From a virus, in IMG/VR virus record IMGVR_UViG_3300032304_002285, positions 96,001 through 160,000 of that record: a stretch of 64,000 nucleotides of DNA; one strand, given 5' to 3'. Positions 60,712-64,000 of this stretch are shown piece by piece (the first letter of the stretch is position 1; every line of letters starts with the position of its first letter). The translations under genes and the position numbers were made by a program. The notes below the pieces were generated by a model, which worked only from the letters and a program-made list of their open reading frames with translations, had not been told where the DNA came from and did no database searches.

Positions 60712-62148
60712 ATGAACATTATCAGAAAAATTGCGCTCAAGAATTTTGAGTCCCATGAGGACACGGTACTTGACAATCTCTCTCCTGAGTTGAATGCCAT
60801 TGTTGGTTTAAGCAATTCAGGGAAGTCGGCTATTGTCAGAGCACTTGCACTTATTGCCTATAACCAATTTGATCCTGAATCAGTTAGGAAGGGCAGTGAC
60901 AACTGCGAGGTTCAGGTTTGGACAGACAAGGGCAATGTAAAGGTTACACGTGGCAAGAAGAATCTCTGGGAAGTTACTGATGCTTCCGGTAAGACTTCTT
61001 ACTTTGATAAAATTGGCAAACAGATTCTTCCTCAGGTTTCGGAAATTCTTGGGTTTGGTTTGGTAAAGCTGGGTGATGTTGAAATGAAAGTCAATATCAT
61101 GGATCAGCTTGAGTCTCATTTTATGCTTTCGGAATTTGCGGGGCAAGATGCAACTGGCTCATTAAGGGCTCAGGTTGTTGATGAAATTTCTGGTCTTTCG
61201 GGAATCGAGATGTTAATCCGCGAGGTAAGCTTGGATAATTCTAGGCTTACTCGGGAGATCAATCAGCTTGAAGAACAGAATGAAGAGTTGACTAGCAAAT
61301 TGCATGATGAGAATCTTTTGATTGAGGAGCAACGTGTCCTGAATAAAGTTCAAGAGGATATGAAGAATTATGACGAGCTTAAGGAAGCGGTGGTCCTGGT
61401 TGAAGGATTGAAGAGCGAGCTTGGTAAGGAACAGGAAAAGATTTCTCAATTGGAAGCTGAGCTTTCTCAATATCCTGATGAGAAGAAGGCTTTTAGTTTC
61501 TTATCGTCAGGGCAAACATTTCTGAATGATGCTGAATCAATGTCTAAGTTTTACAAAGAATGGCAGGTATCAGAAGCTCAAGCCGTTTCTTTGAATGGTG
61601 AGTTAAAGAAGCTTCCTGATAATAGGAAAGCTTTGGGTGTTGTTGATAGTGGTTTAGGAAAGGTTTCTCGGGGTATGGATGCGCGAAAGTTTTATGATCA
61701 GTGGGTAATTTTAGACAGGGATACAAAGTCTTTGAATGTTGAATTAAAGTTGATCCCGAATGACGTTGCCGCTTTGATTAAGACTAAGCATGCAAATAAT
61801 TTCATTACGATGGTAGTTAATATGCATGCATTTTTGTCACTGGTGAAAACGTCTCAAGAACAAGTAGAAAAGCTGACAAGAGATCTTATTAAGTTTGCTG
61901 ATGAGAAAAAGGCATGGAATATCTTGGAGAAGGTTCCTCTGGTCTTGGAAAAGGCAAAAAAGATGAAGGCGGATTTGGATGCCTGGAATTCAGTTAAAGC
62001 TTTGGAGAAAAATGCTCTTGAATCTTTGAATAGAGAAGATGAATCTTTAAAGAAACAAATAAAAGAATATGAGGATGCACGTTCACAGGTTGATGTTTGC
62101 CCGATTACGATGAAACCTATTTCTGGGGATTGTTTGCAAAAAGATTAA
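60712..62148 (+). CDS. sbcC: SbcC/Rad50-like ATPase, N-terminal half only (Walker A, Q-loop, coiled coil to the hook)
   Basis: IALKNFESH, IVGLSNSGKSA, MDQLE, coiled coil ending VCPITMKPI; no signature or Walker B motif. Confidence 0.75.
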   Translation: MNIIRKIALKNFESHEDTVLDNLSPELNAIVGLSNSGKSAIVRALALIAYNQFDPESVRKGSDNCEVQVWTDKGNVKVTRGKKNLWEVTDASGKTSYFDKIGKQILPQVSEILGFGLVKLGDVEMKVNIMDQLESHFMLSEFAGQDATGSLRAQVVDEISGLSGIEMLIREVSLDNSRLTREINQLEEQNEELTSKLHDENLLIEEQRVLNKVQEDMKNYDELKEAVVLVEGLKSELGKEQEKISQLEAELSQYPDEKKAFSFLSSGQTFLNDAESMSKFYKEWQVSEAQAVSLNGELKKLPDNRKALGVVDSGLGKVSRGMDARKFYDQWVILDRDTKSLNVELKLIPNDVAALIKTKHANNFITMVVNMHAFLSLVKTSQEQVEKLTRDLIKFADEKKAWNILEKVPLVLEKAKKMKADLDAWNSVKALEKNALESLNREDESLKKQIKEYEDARSQVDVCPITMKPISGDCLQKD

Positions 62149-62162
62149 TTGGAGAGGAAGAT

Positions 62163-62600
62163 ATGAAAGAATTTATTGGTATTTCTGTAAAGTTTTTTTT
62201 GGCAAATGGGTGTAAGCTGGAAGGTATTGTTTTAGATGATAAGAGTGATCGGGTACTGATCAAGGATGAAGAGTCCGGGGATGTTTCCAGGATCTTCAAA
62301 AATCATATTGTTCTTTTTGTCCCAGCTTCAGAACCAGAGGCTTTTATTCCCTTGCAGCTTTTGAGTTGTTCATGTGAGAGCATTGGTTGTCCGGGGGTAA
62401 AATATATTACAGAGGGAGAAACCCTTACTCGTAAAATGTTTGATGAGTTTATGAAACCTTGTCCGAAGCGTTCACAACAATGTCAGTGCCAAACTAAAGG
62501 AGATATACGTACTGTTTCTTCAAAGACTTTAAGCAAGACCATTTCGGGGATGATGTTTGGAGACTATCCAGAAGTAGAGGAGAAAAAGAATGGCAAGTAA
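62163..62600 (+). CDS. Sm/Hfq-like N-terminal domain + Cys-rich C-terminus
   Basis: VKFFLANGCKLEG and IFKNHIVLFVP align by eye with Hfq Sm1/Sm2; RBS GGAGAGG. Confidence 0.55.
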   Translation: MKEFIGISVKFFLANGCKLEGIVLDDKSDRVLIKDEESGDVSRIFKNHIVLFVPASEPEAFIPLQLLSCSCESIGCPGVKYITEGETLTRKMFDEFMKPCPKRSQQCQCQTKGDIRTVSSKTLSKTISGMMFGDYPEVEEKKNGK

Positions 62601-62958
62601 TTTGGAAGAAAAAATCAAGCGATTGCATGAGGCGAAAAAGAAAGCTGAGGATATTTCAAACCGGAAGCAAAGGATTACCGGTGAGTTGGATGGACATCAG
62701 AAGCGTCTTTCTGAATTAGAAAAGAAATGTAAGGAAGAATATGATTGTGAGGTTACGGACCTTCCTGGGTTGATTGATCAACTGGAGAAGGAAGCGGACA
62801 TTTCTATTTCTGAAGCAGAGAGAATTCTTTCGGTTCCTGCAACGGTTGTGGAACAAGAGAATCCTGTTGAAATTCCTGTTGTTGGATCTTCTATCCCTAA
62901 AGTTCTTGAGCGTAAAATTAAAATGCCTAAAGCATTGCAAGAAGAAGACGTTCTATAA
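62590..62958 (+). CDS. Small coiled-coil protein
   Basis: Heptad-rich helical sequence. Confidence 0.65.
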   Translation: MASNLEEKIKRLHEAKKKAEDISNRKQRITGELDGHQKRLSELEKKCKEEYDCEVTDLPGLIDQLEKEADISISEAERILSVPATVVEQENPVEIPVVGSSIPKVLERKIKMPKALQEEDVL

Positions 62959-62970
62959 TTTGGAGAAATC

Positions 62971-63531
62971 ATGGAAGCCACAGATGATTCTGTATATTTA
63001 GGTCTTGATCTTTCTTTGAGTTCTACTGGTTTTTGCATCAAGAAGGGTGGAGAAACCAAAGTAGAGACGATTAAGAGTGTCCCTGGTGATTTTGATGATG
63101 ATCTTAGTAGGCTGAAGCATATTTGCCATGAGATTATCAGAAGAATCCCCAAAGACGTTAAGATGATTTGTGTGGAGGATTTTTATACTCCATGCAATGC
63201 CAAGCAGATTGGAAGTGCCATCAAGTTGGCGATGCTTGGTACTGTTATTCGGATGGCGTTGTATGATGCCAAATTTCCTTTCTACCTCATCAGTCCGAAT
63301 CAGATTAAGAAATTCGTGACGGGGAAGGGTTCTGGTCCGAAGAGTATGATTGTGATGGCTGTGTATAAACATTACGGGAAAGAAGTCGCTGATGATAACC
63401 AAGCAGACGCAATGGTGTTGAGCCATATTGCTAAGGCTTTGGTGAATACTTCAGATGTTTTCCAGCCAACTAAGGCTCAGAGTGAGGTTATCAAAAAGGT
63501 TCTTACTGATCGTCCTCGATATAATTGCTGA
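62971..63531 (+). CDS. ruvC: RuvC-like Holliday junction resolvase
   Basis: LGLDLSLSSTG, ICVED, P..IKK..TGKG, DDNQADA. Confidence 0.88.
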   Translation: MEATDDSVYLGLDLSLSSTGFCIKKGGETKVETIKSVPGDFDDDLSRLKHICHEIIRRIPKDVKMICVEDFYTPCNAKQIGSAIKLAMLGTVIRMALYDAKFPFYLISPNQIKKFVTGKGSGPKSMIVMAVYKHYGKEVADDNQADAMVLSHIAKALVNTSDVFQPTKAQSEVIKKVLTDRPRYNC

Positions 63532-63556
63532 GATTGGGAATAACTCAGGATAACCC

Positions 63557-63596
63557 AAAAGCTCTGGAGGTAAAAATCCAGGGCTTTTGTTTTTTT
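63557..63596 (+). terminator. Intrinsic terminator
   Basis: AAAAGCTCTGGA-ggtaaaaa-TCCAGGGCTTTT followed by a T-run. Confidence 0.8.
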
Positions 63597-63640
63597 AGAA
63601 TTGTTAGATAAAAAATGAATAGGAAATGACTTGGAGTACG

Positions 63641-64000
63641 ATGATGAGAATTTTAGCTCGTGAATTACTGAAGCTTGCACGTTGTCTTGTGTCCTCTTCT
63701 TCTGAAAAAGAAGTCGAAAGACTTTTAAAAGCTTTTCTTCCTGGGACAATGTTTTCTGGTCGAGTTCATTCGGTTGGGGGATATAATAGAGACGAGCTAC
63801 TTGGATTAGAAGCAAAAGATTTAGATCTTGTTGTTGAGCTTCCTTCTGAGAAAGGCAAGCAAATGCCAGAAGGAGCCAAGAAATTTACTCATTTTGTTTG
63901 GCAATCATTCCCTCAAGCTATTCACAAACCTTTTCAGACTGGTGCTGCTTATCCTATTTGGCAGATGGTTTTTGATGGTGATGTTGAATTCAATGGGGAA
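63641..64000 (+). CDS. cca: tRNA nucleotidyltransferase / poly(A) polymerase family protein, N-terminal part (3' truncated)
   Basis: VGGYIRDELLG...KDLDLVV signature; RBS GGAG at 63633. Not in the ORF track because it runs off the window. Confidence 0.8.
   Translation, partial: MMRILARELLKLARCLVSSSSEKEVERLLKAFLPGTMFSGRVHSVGGYNRDELLGLEAKDLDLVVELPSEKGKQMPEGAKKFTHFVWQSFPQAIHKPFQTGAAYPIWQMVFDGDVEFNGE

Noticed and set aside
34030-63576. Same GGTAAAAA sequence at the loops of two terminators (34030 and 63569)
   Set aside because: Only two instances, and the other terminators have different loops, so this is too little to call a protein-binding signal.

Overview
This 64-kb window looks like part of a large (jumbo-type) tailed dsDNA phage genome. 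Every credible gene is on the + strand, and there is no rRNA, tRNA or CRISPR array. Layout: (1) 1-16 kb tail/virion module, with a probable tape-measure C-terminus, baseplate-like proteins, a 1398-aa collagen-like fibre, a triple LamG protein, a paralog pair, a GT2-TPR glycosyltransferase and a BppU-like protein. (2) 16-41.5 kb replication/recombination module, with a SNF2 helicase carrying two inteins, DnaB, a degenerate YhaM, primase, a sigma factor, a Ski2/Hel308-like helicase split in two by a uracil-DNA glycosylase gene, UvsY-like, gp32-like SSB, RecA, 5'-3' exonuclease, SbcD, a ParB-like protein and DnaE. (3) 41.8-57.9 kb cluster of about 16 glycosyltransferase, methyltransferase and nucleotidyltransferase genes. 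(4) 58-64 kb accessory/recombination genes: HNH, Zn-finger, repeat protein, N-terminal half of SbcC, an Sm/Hfq-like protein, RuvC and a partial CCA-adding enzyme. The strongest unexplained signals are five. First, a start-less 95-codon ORF behind an A-AAA-AAG slippery site that would add a Cys4 finger to the SSB by -1 frameshifting. Second, the cleanly split helicase. Third, a BclA/SgtA-like collagen-plus-glycosyltransferase pairing that suggests a glycosylated virion. Fourth, promoter motifs embedded in RBS-occluding or terminator hairpins. Fifth, an in-frame TGA at a position where homologous methyltransferases usually have Cys. All family assignments come from motif recognition by eye; no database search was run.
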